A stretch of 64,000 nucleotides of DNA from Eledone cirrhosa (GCA_964016885.1 OZ024740.1:183024001-183088000); one strand, 5' to 3'. Shown: positions 11,139 through 30,380, counted from the first letter of the stretch. Notes: generated by a model not told the origin, from the letters alone. Program-made: numbers and translations.

Positions 11139-14008
11139 AGAGAACTCATGGTGGGGTTGCTCTGTATATCCGTGAAGATGTCACACCAATTGTACTGTTG
11201 ACACATTCAAACTCAGTCTGTGACACACTGATAATACATATGAAGCAACTACAGACGGTAATATGTGTCACATATCGGCCGCCCGATGCCCCCAGTCATG
11301 AGGGTAAATTTGAGGATAGCCTAAGTAGGATAGAAGAGGTCCTTGACAAACTAGACCAGGGTCTCAACATCCTACTGCTGGGAGACTTCAACCTACCAAA
11401 GGTCAAATGGCCTGAGGGCCACCTCCTCCCTGGAATGACGTCAATAGAACAGAGACAGACGGAATCCCTGCTGGCCCTCACACACAGGCTGTTCATGGAG
11501 CAAGCGATACTCCTCCCAACAAGAGGCGAAAATGTCCTGGACCTCTGTTTTACAAACAACGAAGTGCTCATCCACAATGTAAAGGTGACACCAACAATTC
11601 TCTCGGATCATAACTTGGTAGAGCTAATGATATGTGGTCCAAGAGAACCAACAGAGACAAAACCACCAAGAAGCTTCGGGACGCTATCCAGCCTTAACTT
11701 CTACGGGGCTGACTGGAAGAAGATTAAGAGTGAAATCCGGAAGCAAACATGGAGTGCAAACATCGCCACACAAGACACTAACACACAATTTCAACACTTC
11801 ATGACAACGATACACACCATATGCAAAAAGTGTGTCCCGGAGAAAGAGGCAAACAGACACAAAAATCTTATTCCCAGAGATAGGAAAATCCTTATGAGAC
11901 GTAGAACTAAACTCTCAAACCAGTTGAATAGTCAACAAAACCAAAACAAGAAGGAATCCTATTTGAAACGTGCACTACTTGACACCGAGATTGCACTCAA
12001 GCTTTCACATGAGAATGAGAGGGCAAGGAAAGAGAACAGGGCCATAGAAAACATTAAAACAAACCCTAAGGCCTTCTTTAAATTTGCAAAAGAAACTGCC
12101 TCAGTACACTGCAAGATTGGACCACTCTTCCACACGGACGGTTCATTAACCGAAAATCCCCAAGAGATATGTGAAATACTGAACGAACAGTACAAAAGTG
12201 TCTTCACATGTCCACTGAGGCACATGCAAATAACGAAGCCAGAGGAGTTCTTTGATGCCACAACACTACATCAAGAAATTTCAACCATCAACCACATAGA
12301 CATAACGGAGGAGGATGTGGTGTACGCCATTGATGAAATTAGAACAGACTCGGCTGCTGGACCTGATGGATTCCCAGCAGTTCTCCTAAAAATATGTAAG
12401 CGGGCCTTAGCAACTCCACTGAAGATGCTCTTCAGAAGCTCCTTGGCTAGCGGTGTACTACCCAGGGAGCTGAAAGAAGGCACAATATGCCCTATCCACA
12501 AAGGAGGTAGTAGAGCGGAGGCCAAGAACTATAGGCCAGTCTCCCTGACGTCGCATATCAGTAAGGTCATGGAGCGAGTCGTCAGAAAGAAACTAATCAC
12601 TTTCCTCGAAGAAAATGACCGCCTGACTAGCACGCAACATGGCTTCCGCCCAGGAAGAAGCTGCCTTACACAGCTGCTACATCACTACGACTGGGTACTG
12701 AGACAGCTACTAGACAGCTCACATGTAGACGTGATATATCTTGACTTTGCGAAGGCCTTTGACAAGGTCGACCACGGAATGATATGTCACAAACTACACG
12801 GACTCGGCATAACTGGAAAAGTAGGTGAGTGGCTGCATGGCTTCCTAAGGGACAGAAGCCAGGCAGTCGCAGCAAATGGGGCCCTCTCGAGGGAAACACC
12901 GATAACAAGTGGGGTGCCTCAGGGGACAGTCCTGGGACCACTACTGTTTTTGGTGGCTCTCTCGGACATGCCCTCTGTGGTGCATGCAACAACATCCCTC
13001 ACTAGCTATGCTGATGACACTAAGGTAGCACAGGCAATCAAAAACCCGGCTGACGCTGCCCTCTTACAGCAGGATCTGGATGCCATATACAGATGGGCGG
13101 AAGAAAACAACATGCAGTTTAATGCTGGCAAATTCCAAGCCCTACAATACAAACCTGCAAACACAAACACAAATATAGCGGAACACAGCTACACAGGACC
13201 AGGAGGGACCGATATGCCCGTGTCAAAATCGATACGAGACCTGGGCATAGACATGAGCGATGATGCATCTTTTTCTTCACACATCATGAAGGTGGCGACA
13301 GCATGTAGACGATTCGCTGGCTGGATCTTGAGGACTTTCCTTACAAGAGATCGAGACACCATGTTGACACTGTGGAGGACTTTTGTCCTAAGCCGCCTGG
13401 ACTACTGCTCCCAGCTGTGGTCACCCCATAGTGTCAAACTAACCACAGAGCTTGAGGCAATCCAGCGAAGCTACACCAAGAGGATTGCCAAGATGAGGGA
13501 GACAAGCTACTGGGAGAGGCTGAAGGAACTGAACCTCTACTCCTTGGAGCGAAGACGGGAGAGATACGCAGTGATCTACATGTGGAAAATCCTGGAGGGA
13601 CTAGCACCAAACTTTGGCATTGGGAGCTGGACCAACCGTCGAACAGGACGTCACTGTGTGGTGCCAAAGGTCCCGTCTTCCACATCTAGAATAAGGAGCA
13701 GGTATTGCAATAGCCTGGGATTCAAGGGCCCTCAACTCTTCAACAGGCTGCCGAGGCATCTGCGAGACATGCATGACGTGGAGGTGGATGTCTTTAAGAA
13801 ACATCTCGACACCTTGTTATCCAGGATCCCGGATGAGCCCACAGCAAGACACGAGGGAAACCTAAGGGCAGCAGCAACAAACTCCCTCCTACACCAGTGG
13901 CCAACCTATACAGGCTGGAGATAAAATGTGTAGCAACAAGGGCGGTGCCCCAGCATGGCCTCAGCCGGATGGCTGAAACAGGTAAAAGAGTAAAAGAGTA
14001 AAAGAGTA
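11137..14008 (+). mobile_element. Young CR1-group LINE, 5'-truncated within the endonuclease
   Basis: Open frame from (TA)n edge to 13924; 3' hairpin TCAGCC ggat GGCTGA and (GTAAAAGA)3 tail; flanked by (TA)n on both sides. Confidence 0.92.
11198..13924 (+). CDS. LINE ORF2: APE endonuclease (partial) plus reverse transcriptase, 908 aa with no stops
   Basis: [18 protein letters not shown]; [45 protein letters not shown]. The frame continues upstream as [10 protein letters not shown], so the listed start is not the native start. Confidence 0.93.
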   Translation: MTHSNSVCDTLIIHMKQLQTVICVTYRPPDAPSHEGKFEDSLSRIEEVLDKLDQGLNILLLGDFNLPKVKWPEGHLLPGMTSIEQRQTESLLALTHRLFMEQAILLPTRGENVLDLCFTNNEVLIHNVKVTPTILSDHNLVELMICGPREPTETKPPRSFGTLSSLNFYGADWKKIKSEIRKQTWSANIATQDTNTQFQHFMTTIHTICKKCVPEKEANRHKNLIPRDRKILMRRRTKLSNQLNSQQNQNKKESYLKRALLDTEIALKLSHENERARKENRAIENIKTNPKAFFKFAKETASVHCKIGPLFHTDGSLTENPQEICEILNEQYKSVFTCPLRHMQITKPEEFFDATTLHQEISTINHIDITEEDVVYAIDEIRTDSAAGPDGFPAVLLKICKRALATPLKMLFRSSLASGVLPRELKEGTICPIHKGGSRAEAKNYRPVSLTSHISKVMERVVRKKLITFLEENDRLTSTQHGFRPGRSCLTQLLHHYDWVLRQLLDSSHVDVIYLDFAKAFDKVDHGMICHKLHGLGITGKVGEWLHGFLRDRSQAVAANGALSRETPITSGVPQGTVLGPLLFLVALSDMPSVVHATTSLTSYADDTKVAQAIKNPADAALLQQDLDAIYRWAEENNMQFNAGKFQALQYKPANTNTNIAEHSYTGPGGTDMPVSKSIRDLGIDMSDDASFSSHIMKVATACRRFAGWILRTFLTRDRDTMLTLWRTFVLSRLDYCSQLWSPHSVKLTTELEAIQRSYTKRIAKMRETSYWERLKELNLYSLERRRERYAVIYMWKILEGLAPNFGIGSWTNRRTGRHCVVPKVPSSTSRIRSRYCNSLGFKGPQLFNRLPRHLRDMHDVEVDVFKKHLDTLLSRIPDEPTARHEGNLRAAATNSLLHQWPTYTGWR

Positions 14009-14439
14009 ATATATATGTATGTATATATATATGTATATATATATATATGTATGTATATATATATGTATATATATATATGTATGTATATATATATGTATAT
14101 ATATATATATATGTATGTATATATATATATGTATATATATATGTATATATGTATGTATATATGTATGTATATATGTATGTATATATATATATATGTATAT
14201 ATGTATGTATATATATATGTATATATGTATGTATATATATATGTATGTATATATGTATGTATATATATATATGTATATATAAATATGTATGTATATATAT
14301 ATGTATGTATATATAAATATGTATGTATATAAATATGTATATATATATATATATGTGTATATATATGTGTGTATATATATATATATGACCCATGCTAGCG
14401 TGGAATATCCACGTTAAACGAAGATGATGCAGATTTTGA

Positions 14440-14492
<53 letters not shown>

Positions 14493-14909
14493 CGTGTGTA
14501 AATATATATATGTATATATATATATGTATATATGTATATATATGTATTTATGTATGTATATACATATATATGTATATATGTATATACATATGTATATATG
14601 TATATATATATGTATATATGTATAATTATATATGTATATATGTATATATATATATATGTGTATATGTATATATGTAAATATATATATCTATATATGTACA
14701 TATATATATATGTATATATATATGAATATATCTACATATATATATATATGTATATATATGAATATATGTACATATGTATATATATGTATATATATATATA
14801 TATATAAGTATTGAAGATTCCTTTGAAAATTGAAAAAGTCAGAGGAATGAAGAGTGCTCTATGAAAGTTACAGAGCTAAATATTTAATGTATAGTAAACA
14901 ATACAGTAT

Positions 14910-14987
14910 AATTACCTCATTGCCAGAGGTTTCCCGAATAAGACGAATACAAGATACGTCCGCATTCGTTAATCAGACAAGGCAATT
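14910..14987 (-). ncRNA. Degenerate type I hammerhead in a short (TA)n-flanked element (14808-14998)
   Basis: Bulged stem I AATTGCC-TTGT / GCAA-tga-GGTAATT; CTGATTA; stem II CGAAT/ATTCG; GAAA-cctc-TG. Two core mutations; tail GCTCTG..CATAGAGCAC. Confidence 0.55.
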
Positions 14988-14996
14988 TAAAACAAA

Positions 14997-15073
<77 letters not shown>

Positions 15074-15294
15074 ATATGTATATGTATTCAAGATTATGTC
15101 AACAGTTGACATAATCTTGTATCAGTAATGACGGTAATATATATGTATATATGTGTGTCTGTAAGTGAGTAGCATGTGTGTGTTTGTTTGTATGCATGTG
15201 TGTTGGTGTGTGTGCGCACGTATTTATGTGTGTGTGCATGTGTGTATGTGGTACGTATTAGTGTCAATAAGTAAGTTTTTTTTATGCGCGGGGA

Positions 15295-18200
15295 CATAGA
15301 ATGAGTCGGGCTGGATACCCGATCGCAGAGTTAAACCACTGGGAGTGAAGAACCCCTAGCCCTTGTCAGGGCATTCTTCTAGGAGAATGCAACTCAGGAA
15401 ACTGGGTTAACTCCGACATAAAACCTGCGGCTCAGTAGTTACCGATGATGTTGATCTTTACTTCTTTTCGGGTTACAGCTACTGTCGCTCAGAGAGTGGG
15501 ATTGGCTCAGTGCACATTATTTCCTCACTTTATTATTTCCGAACATGCATTGTACGATTGCATTAATTAATAATTATTAATAGTGTATTATTATTACTAT
15601 TGTTATTGTTACTACTATTATTACTTTTTTTTTCCCAATTCAATGATGCTCCAAAACAATATAAAATAGATAATTGGCAATAGGGGCAGGGGCCCCAGGT
15701 TATCACAGTCTGGGCTCACTTGTCAACGTGCCACTGTAATAGGGCCAAACAAGGCATTTAGCCTTGGCTGCTGGAACGTACGGATGCTGCTTAACAGGGA
15801 TTCCTAGGAACGTCCTGAACGAAGGGCCGCTGTTGTTACAAAGGAGTTCGACGTTACGATCTTGATATCATGGCTTTATCTGAGACAAGGTTAGCTGGAG
15901 ATGGTCATCTTACAGAATTTTGCGGAGAATATACATTCTTCTGGAAAGGAAGAGATGAAGGAACCAGAAGAGAGGCTGGGGTAGCATTTGCTGTTAAGTC
16001 TCCTTTTATGAATAAATTAGAAAAATTCCCAGTGGGGATTAATGAGAATTATGTCCATGAGAATTCCGCTGGACAAAGGAAGATATGCGACCCTGGTGAG
16101 TGTGTATGCTCCAACTATGAATTCTGTCGATGAAGAAAAAGTGTCCTTTTACCATGCCTTGAAAGGTGTTTTAAGAAATATCCCTCATGCAGACAAAATC
16201 ATCGTGCTTGGTGACTTTAATGCTAGAGTGGGTAGGGATTTTAACACATGGAATGTAATCGGAAGGCATGGGGTGAGAAAGTGTAACAACAATGGTATGC
16301 TCCTATTGCAGATGTGTGAAGAGCTGGATCTGTGTGTTATCAACACCATGTCCAACAAAAGAACAAATTTAAGATTACATGGATGCATCCTCCATCGAAG
16401 GAATGGCATCTTTTGGATGCGTGACAGACGGGATGTGCAGTGCGTTCGTGCTCTTCGTTGAGCTGAGTGCTGGACGGACCACCGCCTGGTACGCGCAAAA
16501 GTGAAACTAATCACTAAACGTAAAATCCGGGCTCCTGGTATTATCCAGCCCAGAAGATTGAATGCTGCTCGTCTTAGAGATAAAAATGTGAAGGGGACAT
16601 TGCGAGAAGAGATGCAGGTTGCAGATCTTGGTGAGGATTGGCCGACCCTTAAACAGTCGGTTTATGATGTAGGCAGGCGTGTTCTGGGATTGGTGCAAAT
16701 AAAACATCAAGACTGGTTTAATGAGAATGGTGAACATATAGAAGACTTGTTGGCTGATAAGAGGCGTGCTCTGTCATGCTACTTGGCGGCAAAACCACAG
16801 GAGAAGAATATTTTGCATTAGGAACTCAAGGATGTGAAATCACGTGTTAGGCAGAGTCTTTCTCAGATGAAGGATCAGGGGTGGGTGAGAGGGCTGATGA
16901 GATATAAACTGCGTCAGATTCCAATAACACAAAGCTGTTGTACAGTCTCTTGCGTGAAGTATATGGACTGCCTTCTTCTTCGTTACTCACAAGGAATTCT
17001 ACGAAGGTGGCGGGAGCACTTTAATGAACTTTTGAATCAGCCGTCTGTCGTCGATGAAGGTTTCCTCAATCTTTTTCCAGAACGTCCTGTGAAAATAGCT
17101 CTCGAAAAACCTCCGACGCTTGTAAAGGTTGCAGTAGCTATCTCGAAGCTGAACAGTGGAAGGTCTCCAGGTATGGATGGCATACATGCAGAGATCCTAC
17201 AATATGGTGGTGAGAGACTTCTGCAACAGCTTCACTCTTTGTTTGGCAGGATATGGGCTAATGAATCTGTACCTGGGGACTGGAGAGATGAAGTAATGGT
17301 GGTCTTGTACAACGGTCGGGTAACAGGAATGATTGTGGGAACTACAGAGGTATATCATTGCTTTCTGTCGTAGGGAAAGTTTTATGTAGGGTGCATCTGG
17401 ACTGTCTGCTAACACACATTGCAGATTGTGTTCTATCTGAAAGTCAATCTGGTTTTCGTGCTGGACGCGACACTAGTGATATGATCTTCTCAGCTAGACA
17501 GCTCCAGGAGAAGTGCATGGAAGAAGGTTTGGATCTGTATCAGGTTTTTGTCGATCTGACGAAAGCTTTCGATACTGTTAACAGAAATGCATTATGGAAT
17601 GTTCTCCAGAAACGTGGTTGCCCTGATAAGTTGTTTGCTTTGGTCAGGTCTTTCCCTGGCGACATGAAGGTTTGGGTTAATGTCGGAGGTAATATGTGGG
17701 AGCCTATCTCAGCAAAAAATGGAGTGAAACAGGGGGATATTCCAGCACCGCCCCTGTTTGCCATATACGTTGCAATGGTTTTCTGTATTGCATTCAGGAA
17801 TTACGAGCATGAAGTTTACATCCAATATCGAACCTCTGGCAGCATATTTAACATCAGGCGCTTTGCTGCAAAAACAAAAGTAGAGACCTCTTGTATGCAG
17901 ATGATTGCGATCTTGTAGCGCACACAAAGAGTGATATGCAGCACATTTTGAATGCATTTTCTTATGCTTGTACTGCCACAGGATTGACTGTCAGTCTCAA
18001 GAAAACCGTCTTCATGTACCAACCTGTCCCTGGTAAGCAGTACAGTGAACTAAATATCTATGTGTATGGTAAACGACTTGGAGGGGTTGATCAGTTTGTC
18101 TATCTGGGGAGCACTGTCAATCGACAGAGCAACCTTGATTAGGAAAGGATTAGGAAAGCAAGTGATGCTTTCGGAAAGCTAGAAAGGTGACTCTGGGGTC

Positions 18201-19032
18201 GGCGAGACATATGCAAGAAGACAAAGATAAATGTGGACAAGGCATGTGTGCTCTCTTCTCTTCTTTATGCCTGCAAGACCTGGGTCACATATCGACACCA
18301 CCTTAAGCAATTGGAGCATTTCCATCAGACGTGTCTCAGACGGATCCATGGCGTTCACTGGAGGGACCACATCAGTGATGTCGAGATTTTGGAAAGCTCT
18401 CTGTGTGACAGTATAGAAGCTCTTGTGCATAAGCAAAGACTCCGTTTAAGTGGTCACCTTGCCAGGATGAAGGATTCTAGAATACCAAAACAACTCTTTT
18501 ATGGAGAGTTAGTTAAAGGAAAACGACCGCCACATAAACCAAAAAAGAGGTATAAGAATTCCTTCAAAGCCTCTTTGAAAGCCTCTGCTGATACATAGGA
18601 AAATGTTGCTGCTGATCCTAATAAATGGAGAAAGACTGTATATGAGGGAAAAGTTGCCTTTGAGGCATCTCAAATTGCATTCGAGAAAGTAAATCGGGAT
18701 GTGAGGAAGGGCATTGCTGTTGCATTTCCAGACGGCGAAGGTCCTCATATGGCGCTGACATGCCTAAGCAAAGCTGGAGTCGAAAGTCATCTTCGCAGTC
18801 ATAAAGTGAGATCAGTGTTTGATTTCCAGGCTGCTGCTGGACATGCTACTCATCATGATTGCCACGCATGTGGTAGAGAATGTAAATCAGCAGGAGGGCT
18901 AAATGTCATGCAAAAGTACAACCATAGCCGGCTATTCCCAGTGAATGTTTTGGTTGCCAAATCTGTGCAAGACATTTTAGATCATTGGCTGGGCTAAAAA
19001 GCCACATTCGATCGCAGCGCTGTTAATTGATA

Positions 19033-19079
<47 letters not shown>

Positions 19080-19194
19080 GGTTTATGTGTGTGTGTTTGT
19101 GTGTGTATATGTATGTGTATATTATTATTATTGTTGTTATGGGTTTTTTTTCTTGTCCAATGGCCATACTCGATAACGAGGGAACAGCCATCAT
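15295..19194 (+). mobile_element. Near full-length degenerate RTE (BovB-like) LINE with C-terminal C2H2 fingers
   Basis: Frameshifted EN (ALSETRL, SVYAPT, LGDFNARVG, TDH), RT (SQSGFRAGR, DLTKAFDTV, GVKQG, YADD), CxxC..HxxxH fingers; tail GGCCATACTCGATAACGAGGGAACAGCCATC. Confidence 0.9.
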
Positions 19195-19394
19195 GTATAT
19201 ATATATATGTATATATATATATGTATATATATGTATATATATATACATTTATATGTATACATATATACATAGATATATATATACATATATACATATATAC
19301 ATATATATATATATATATGTATATAAATATATACATTTATATGTATACATATATACATATATATATATACATATATACATATATACATATATAC

Positions 19395-19425
<31 letters not shown>

Positions 19426-19456
19426 AACATATATATATATATACATATATATATAC

Positions 19457-19487
<31 letters not shown>

Positions 19488-19526
19488 AACATATATATAC
19501 ATATAAACATATATATATATATATAC

Positions 19527-19630
<104 letters not shown>

Positions 19631-19759
19631 ATACTTTGGGAGGGTCATGTTGCCAATAAGAAACACACGCACCAGTTGTTTCACTTCAATTTATTATATA
19701 TTTATAAATTTATAAATTCATAAATTTCTGGTTCCACAACCAGATAGTTGTTTATATAT

Positions 19760-19804
19760 AGTCATACTTCTTTCGTCACACACTCTGTGACCTCTTCAGT
19801 GACT
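19760..19804 (-). ncRNA. Minimal type I hammerhead ribozyme in PLE pLTR
   Basis: Stem I AGTCA/TGACT; CTGAAGA-g; stem II GTCACA/TGTGAC; GAAA-gaag-TA. Confidence 0.8.
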
Positions 19805-21087
19805 GGGGATTCCTTTCTTTGTTTCTGTGCCTCTCCTTTGTTCTCTCCTACGCCATTTTGTTTCTGTGTGTGTGTTGTGTGCTCAGTCTGCGCATGCGCC
19901 ACATCCGGGTGTCTGTGTGTGTTTATGTTCATTTCTTTATTTCTTTATTTACATATTACTGGTTGGTTTTTTGTTCTATGTGTGTGTGTGTGTTTTCATT
20001 TTGTCCTTAATTGTAAGTTGTGATGTTGCTGTTCCACTCATATTTTCTATTTAATTTTGGTTGTAATTCTTTTATGTTTATTGCCTCTGTAATTTGTCTA
20101 AACATTGCGTCTTTTCTGTGTGTAGATTCTATTTTTATTTCTATGTTCTCTAATTTACCCTTGCGTTCTATTTTAGCATGTTGGTAGAGTACAGATGATT
20201 TAAGCGATACTCCGGCAAAATTCCAACTCACTCAACAAACATTACGAAATAAGTGAGTATATTCCTAATTAAACGTTCGGGGTGCTAACTGTGTGGAAAA
20301 TTGGCTGTATTATTTCATAAGAGACTTATCGAATATACCTCTTCCCAGACGGTCTTTCTACTATCTTAATATTGAGATTATGTTTATTTAGGGCCCTTCT
20401 AAATTTGTAGGCTAGTTCGCCTCTAGGGGTTGTATTGATGAACATTACACTCTGGTATTTATTGCTATCATACCATGAGTTTATTCTATTGGCCTTGATC
20501 CTAGTTCTTTCTATTCTATTCCAAAATTTGCTCCTATACAAGGGGCAGGTCCCATTTATGTCATTATTTACCATTTTTTCCCATTTGGTTCTGGCTCCTT
20601 TATACACTCTGATTCTATCTCTCTGATTGTAGCCAGAGAACTGCATACGGTGGATGAAGTGTTGTATGTGTCTCTCTAGTTCTTCGGGGTTGCACATGCG
20701 GGACACATTTCTCATCACCCGTACCAAATCCGCAATCAGTATGTTGATTTTGGTATGGTCCGAAATGGCCGAGTTTCGGTGGATCAGATGTTTGGAAGTC
20801 ATGGGTTTGGCATAATGGGAATGGAGGATTTGTTATTGGTTGTTAATGGTATCTAAATACATACACAAGCACAATAACAACAAGCACATAAACACACACT
20901 AGTCACCCAGCAAACACGACACTATACACACTAGTCACAAAACAAACATAACACTATACACACACGTAAACGCATGCGCAAAGAAGACAAAATAAAATAA
21001 ACAAACAAGCAAATAAATAAATAAATATATAGACAGACTGAATAAAAAATGGCGTAGACATACAACACAACAGGAGGAAAAAATATA

Positions 21088-21131
21088 ACACCACTGACGA
21101 TGTTGCAGATGTGCAACGAAAGATTTATGTA
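21088..21131 (+). ncRNA. Minimal hammerhead core in inverted pLTR
   Basis: CTGACGA-t-GTTGCA gatg TGCAAC-GAAA-gatt-TA; weak stem I. Confidence 0.6.
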
Positions 21132-21339
21132 AATTATGTAAACTATATATATGTGTTTGTGTCTATATTGTATCTGTATTATTTTTGACCGTCGGTCAGT
21201 CAATGGCAACATTGAGGACCGAGTAAGTTAGATCGCAGATATAAAAGAGAGCGAGAAGCGAAAACCAACCAAACAGTGAGTGTGTTCTGTTATTAATTCT
21301 GGCAATATTACACAAATATGACCCTCCCCAAGTATAACA

Positions 21340-25413
<4,074 letters not shown>

Positions 25414-25478
25414 TATATATATATATATATATATACATACATATATATATGTATATATGCATACATATATATATATAT

Positions 25479-25614
<136 letters not shown>

Positions 25615-25631
25615 GTATATATATATGTATA

Positions 25632-25663
<32 letters not shown>

Positions 25664-25786
25664 AAGGAGAAAATTGAGAGTGTGTAACACTCAACTTATC
25701 AGATAGGCAGTATATGGTTAGCTCAATGTCTGAAGACAGAGCCGTAATACAATTAACAACAAAGAGCGCTTAGCACATAGGTATAT

Positions 25787-25844
25787 CTTTAATTGCTGAC
25801 AATGTTTCCTCCACAATAAAAGTGGGACTCTTCAGAGCTTAAAG
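25787..25844 (-). ncRNA. Minimal type I hammerhead (GUC site) near the 3' end of an unclassified AT-rich element (about 25662-28024)
   Basis: Bulged stem I CTTTAA-GCT / AGC-aa-TTAAAG; CTGAAGA; stem II CCAC/GTGG with a damaged base; GAA-ACATTGT-C; tail GCTCTG..CATTGAG then (TA)n. Confidence 0.7.
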
Positions 25845-25969
25845 AGTAGATACAGAGTATCGAAGCATTAACAAATCCAAAACAGAAGAATATAATGTGG
25901 GGATATCATAAGGTGGGAGGAATTTAAGGTATTGTTCATGTACAAGATAAGGATTAACGAATAAAGGAT

Positions 25970-26452
25970 AGAAAATAAAAAATAAAAAATAAAAAATAAA
26001 AAATAAAAAATAAAAAATAAAAAATAAAAAATAAAAAATAAAAAATAAAAAAAAAAAAATAAAAAATAAAAAATAAAAAATAAAAAATAAAAAATAAAAA
26101 ATAAAAAAAAAAAAATAAAAAATAAAAAATAAAAAATAAAAAATAAAAAATAAAAAATAAAAAATAAAAAATAAAAAATAGAAAAAAAAAATAAAAAAAA
26201 AATAAAAAATAAAAAATAAAAAATAAAAAAAAATAAATAAAAAAAAATAAATAAAAAATAAAAATAAATAAAAAATAAAAAATAAAAAATAAAAAATAAA
26301 AAAAAAAAAATAAAAAATAAAAAATAAAAAAAAAAAAAAAAAAAATAAAAAATAAAAAAAAAATAAAAAATAAAAAATAAAAAATAAAAAATAAAAAATA
26401 AAAAATAAAAAATAAAAAATAAAAAATAAAAATTAAAAAAATAAAAAATAAA
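25970..26452. repeat. (AAAAAT)n microsatellite
   Basis: About 480 bp of near-perfect hexamer. Confidence 0.95.
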
Positions 26453-28023
26453 ATCAAGCAAAAGATAGTGAATATGAGGAATATACTAATACTAATAAGG
26501 ATACGGATCTTAAACGTTATCACTCACAGTTGGGTAGGGTTTTATTATGACCGGCAATCATGGAAGCAATGATGTGATTGGTTAACACACAGCTACGTAT
26601 GCATACACTCACATAAAAGTATACGTATAAGCATGAGCACCCGCATGCACCTACACGCAAGCACCCATATGCAATACAGAAAGTATACACTAATACAAAT
26701 AACATATCAAAAACGGATGGGCACATACTCCATACTGTCACAAAATATAGCAATAACAGTAGAAACGATGACATATAACATGGAGGAGTACAATATAAAG
26801 AAATATAATAAATTATAAAAACATATAAAAATATGGGAACATAAGGACATATAACGGAAGGAACATACATGGTAGGAAACTCATAAGGAGTACACCGTAA
26901 TAGATGAGAAATAAACAATAAAGGAATAAGAATATAAAAAGTATAAAATGCATGGTAACAAATTTTTTTAAAAAGAAGTTAAGAGATAAAAATAGATAAA
27001 AACTAGATAAAAAATAGATAAAAAAAATAAAGTAAAATATACACCATAAAGGAAGGTGTGAATAAAGATGAAACTGGCAAAGGTATAAGTTATCAAGCTA
27101 TGTGCAACAAGTGATATACGTAAAATATATAAAATATATAAAAGAAACATATATATAAGGATATATATATATATCAGTGAAAATAATACATATTTATAAA
27201 AATAACTGGGGGTAAATAAGGTAATAAGGATAATATGGATGATAATGAAGGCATGTAATAATAATAGTAGTATAGGTGCTAGTTTCCTAATATTGGAAAT
27301 AATGTCAGTAAATAATGTCAGTTAATAAAATAAAAATAAAAATTTTGTTAAATACTAATATAAAGTACTCATAATGTTTTAAGAAAATTTAGAAATTATA
27401 AGGTGACACTAATATTGATTCATGTTGATATAAGGAATATATCAGGAATACAAGAACATTTTAGGTGTTGCAATTAGCAGCAGTCCAACAATAGAGTGTT
27501 CGAATGAGACCTTTATAAACAGATGCGATGTCCACACTAGATGAGTGGACTATTACAATATAATGGAAACATCCTAGGTTAGACAATCCCAAAAGTTCAT
27601 ACTTCAAAGTTCAATCCGCAGATGTGCATTCATAAAGTTGAGCACTCAGACAAAAATTATTGGTTGACAAGATGTATCCATAAACATATCTCAAGCCGGA
27701 ACATATGCTGGGAAGGTTGCAGGCAAATTCTCATATAGCAATGCGAACATCAAAAGGCAAACAATTGAGGTGCATATCAGTGAATGAAAGCAGGCAAAAG
27801 CAGATGGTTCAATACGGTTAGGTGAAGCAGGTTATTATTATGCATACCACTTAATATAAAATACTAAATACAAAATACAACTGGGAAATTTAACACTCAA
27901 CAACGTGCATAGCAAATAGCTTTCAAAGCCGATAACCTCTCAAAATCACAACACTGAGTAACGTCGCTGGCATCACAAGAATATAGATAGAAGGCACGCA
28001 ACAATAGGGTTAGCCCAGAGACA

Positions 28024-28144
<121 letters not shown>

Positions 28145-28151
28145 CATATAT

Positions 28152-30372
28152 AAATTCAAGCATGTTTTACAACGTGAGGACCAGAAACAGGAGGTATTCA
28201 AGATTGCGAGGCAGTGTGTCAGAGATAGTTGTGATGTCATTGGAGAGAAGTGTATCCGGAATGATAAAGGTGAGCTTGCCCTCACAAGTGCTGAGAAGAA
28301 AGATGCATGGAAGAGTCATTATGATAGATTACTAAATGAGGAGAATGCATGGGAAGAAGAGACCCTACCCCAAGTAGACCCTATAGAGGGACCAGCAGTA
28401 CAAGTCAGCGGCAGCGTAGTAAGTAAGGCAATCAAAGATATGAAGATGGGGAAGGAAACCGGTTCATCGGGTATAGCTGCCGAGATGCTGAAGGCATCTG
28501 GGTCTGTAGGTCACACTATAACCACACGTATCGTTAATCAGGTAATACTAGAAGGGGCCATACCAAAAGATTGGTGCAGTAGCATCATTGTCAACTGCTA
28601 CAAAGGTAAAGGCGATGCACTAGATAGAGGAAACTATAGAGGTATGAAGTTGATGGACCAGGTCATGAAAGTAACAGAAAGAGTTATAGCACAGCTGATT
28701 AGGGTCCGGGTGAAAATAGACGAGATGCAATTTGGGTTTGTACCAGGAAGAGGCACCACTGATGCCCTCTTCCTTGTGAGGCAATTAAAGGAAAAGTACC
28801 TAGCTAAAAGTAAGCCACTCTACTTGGCATTTGTCGACCTTGTGAAAGCCTTTGACAGAGTTCCACGTGCTGTAATCTGGTGGGCTCTTAGAAAACTAGG
28901 AGTAGTTGAATGGCTTGTGAAAGCGGTACAAGCCATGTATAGGGGAGCAGTCAGCAAAGTTAGGATTAGCAATGAGTATAGCGAGGAATTTAGCGTACAG
29001 GTTGGTGTCCACCAGGGCTCTGTTTTAACCCCCTCCTGTTCATCATAGTCCTGCAGGCAATAACGGAGGAGTTTAAGACCGGATGCCCATGGGAACTCCT
29101 GCATGCTGATGACCTCGCACTGATAGCTGGATCTATGGTAGAACTAGAGAATAAATTCCAAACCTGGAAGCAGGGACTAGAAAGAAAGGGTCTCAAAGTC
29201 AACATGACAAAGACTAAGGTCCTTCAAAGTAGACGATAATACAGAACCCAGATCCCCTCAGGGAAATGGCCTTGCTCAGTATGTAGGAAAGGTGTAGGTA
29301 GGAACTCCATTCTCTGCCCCAAATGCAAACAATGGGTACACAAGAGATGTAGCGGGATCTCAGGAAGCTTAATTAAGAATGTAGTATTCACATGCAGCAG
29401 CTGTGCTGAGACAGCAAACAGCAAACAGCCACGGGAAACAAGTACCACCAATCTCTGGGAGGGCCCTGTAGAAACAGTAGACAGCTTCTGCTACCTAGGT
29501 GACCGAATTAGCAACGGAGGTGGGTGTTCAGAAAGTGCAATAACTAGGGTAAGAACGGGATGGAAGAAGTTTAGGGAACTACTACTACTGCTAGCTGCAA
29601 AAGGCTTCTTCCTCAGAATGAAAGGCAGACTGTATGATGCGTGTATCCGAACAGCGATGTTGCATGGTAGCGAGACCTGGGCGCTGAAGGTGGAAGACTT
29701 ACGTAGATTAGAAAGAAACGAAGCTTGCATGCTCCGATGGATGTGTAACAATAATATACGTGAACGACAAAGCATAAATGAATTGAGAGAGAGACTGAGC
29801 ATAAGAGGAATCAAATGCTATGTGCAGGAGAGGCGGTTGCGCTGGTATGGACATGTGATGCGTATGAAGGATGACAGCCGCAAATAAAGGTTTCTGAACA
29901 CTGGAAGTTGATGGAAACCGCGGAGTGGGGAGACCGAAGATAACCTGGGATGAGGTGTTGAAAGCCGACCTTACCCAATTACACCTCTAAAAGATAATGA
30001 CACACGACCGTGACTTCTGGCGTCACGCAGTAATACATAGTACCCGACCTCCCATGGGTACAAGCTGAAGCATATAGACAATATGTCCCCACACCCCCCA
30101 CCGCAAGGTGGTCGTGGAGGTGACGGCAAAAAAACACCCAGCCCACACTGTAAAGTAGACGTGTAGGCGCCACGAAAAAGCTCCCAGCACTCACTGTAAA
30201 TGAGGTTGGTGTTAGGAAGGGCATCCAGCTGTAGAAATCAAGCCAAATCAGTTCCTGTATGAGCAAGGCATGGTCAGCCGACCAGACACTGCCCACAACA
30301 GGACAACCCGTCTAACCCATGCTAGCGTGGAAGAACGGACGTAAAACGGTGATGATGATGATGATGATGATA
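28152..30372 (+). mobile_element. 5'-truncated RTE LINE, same group as 21676-25413
   Basis: ORFs 28440-29048 and 29618-29887; frameshifts; (GAT)n tail. Confidence 0.92.
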
Positions 30373-30380
30373 AATATATA

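Noticed and set aside
28005-28015. Telomere-like TAGGGTTAG (also about 34695)
   Set aside because: Single units expected by chance; the second lies within PLE coding sequence.
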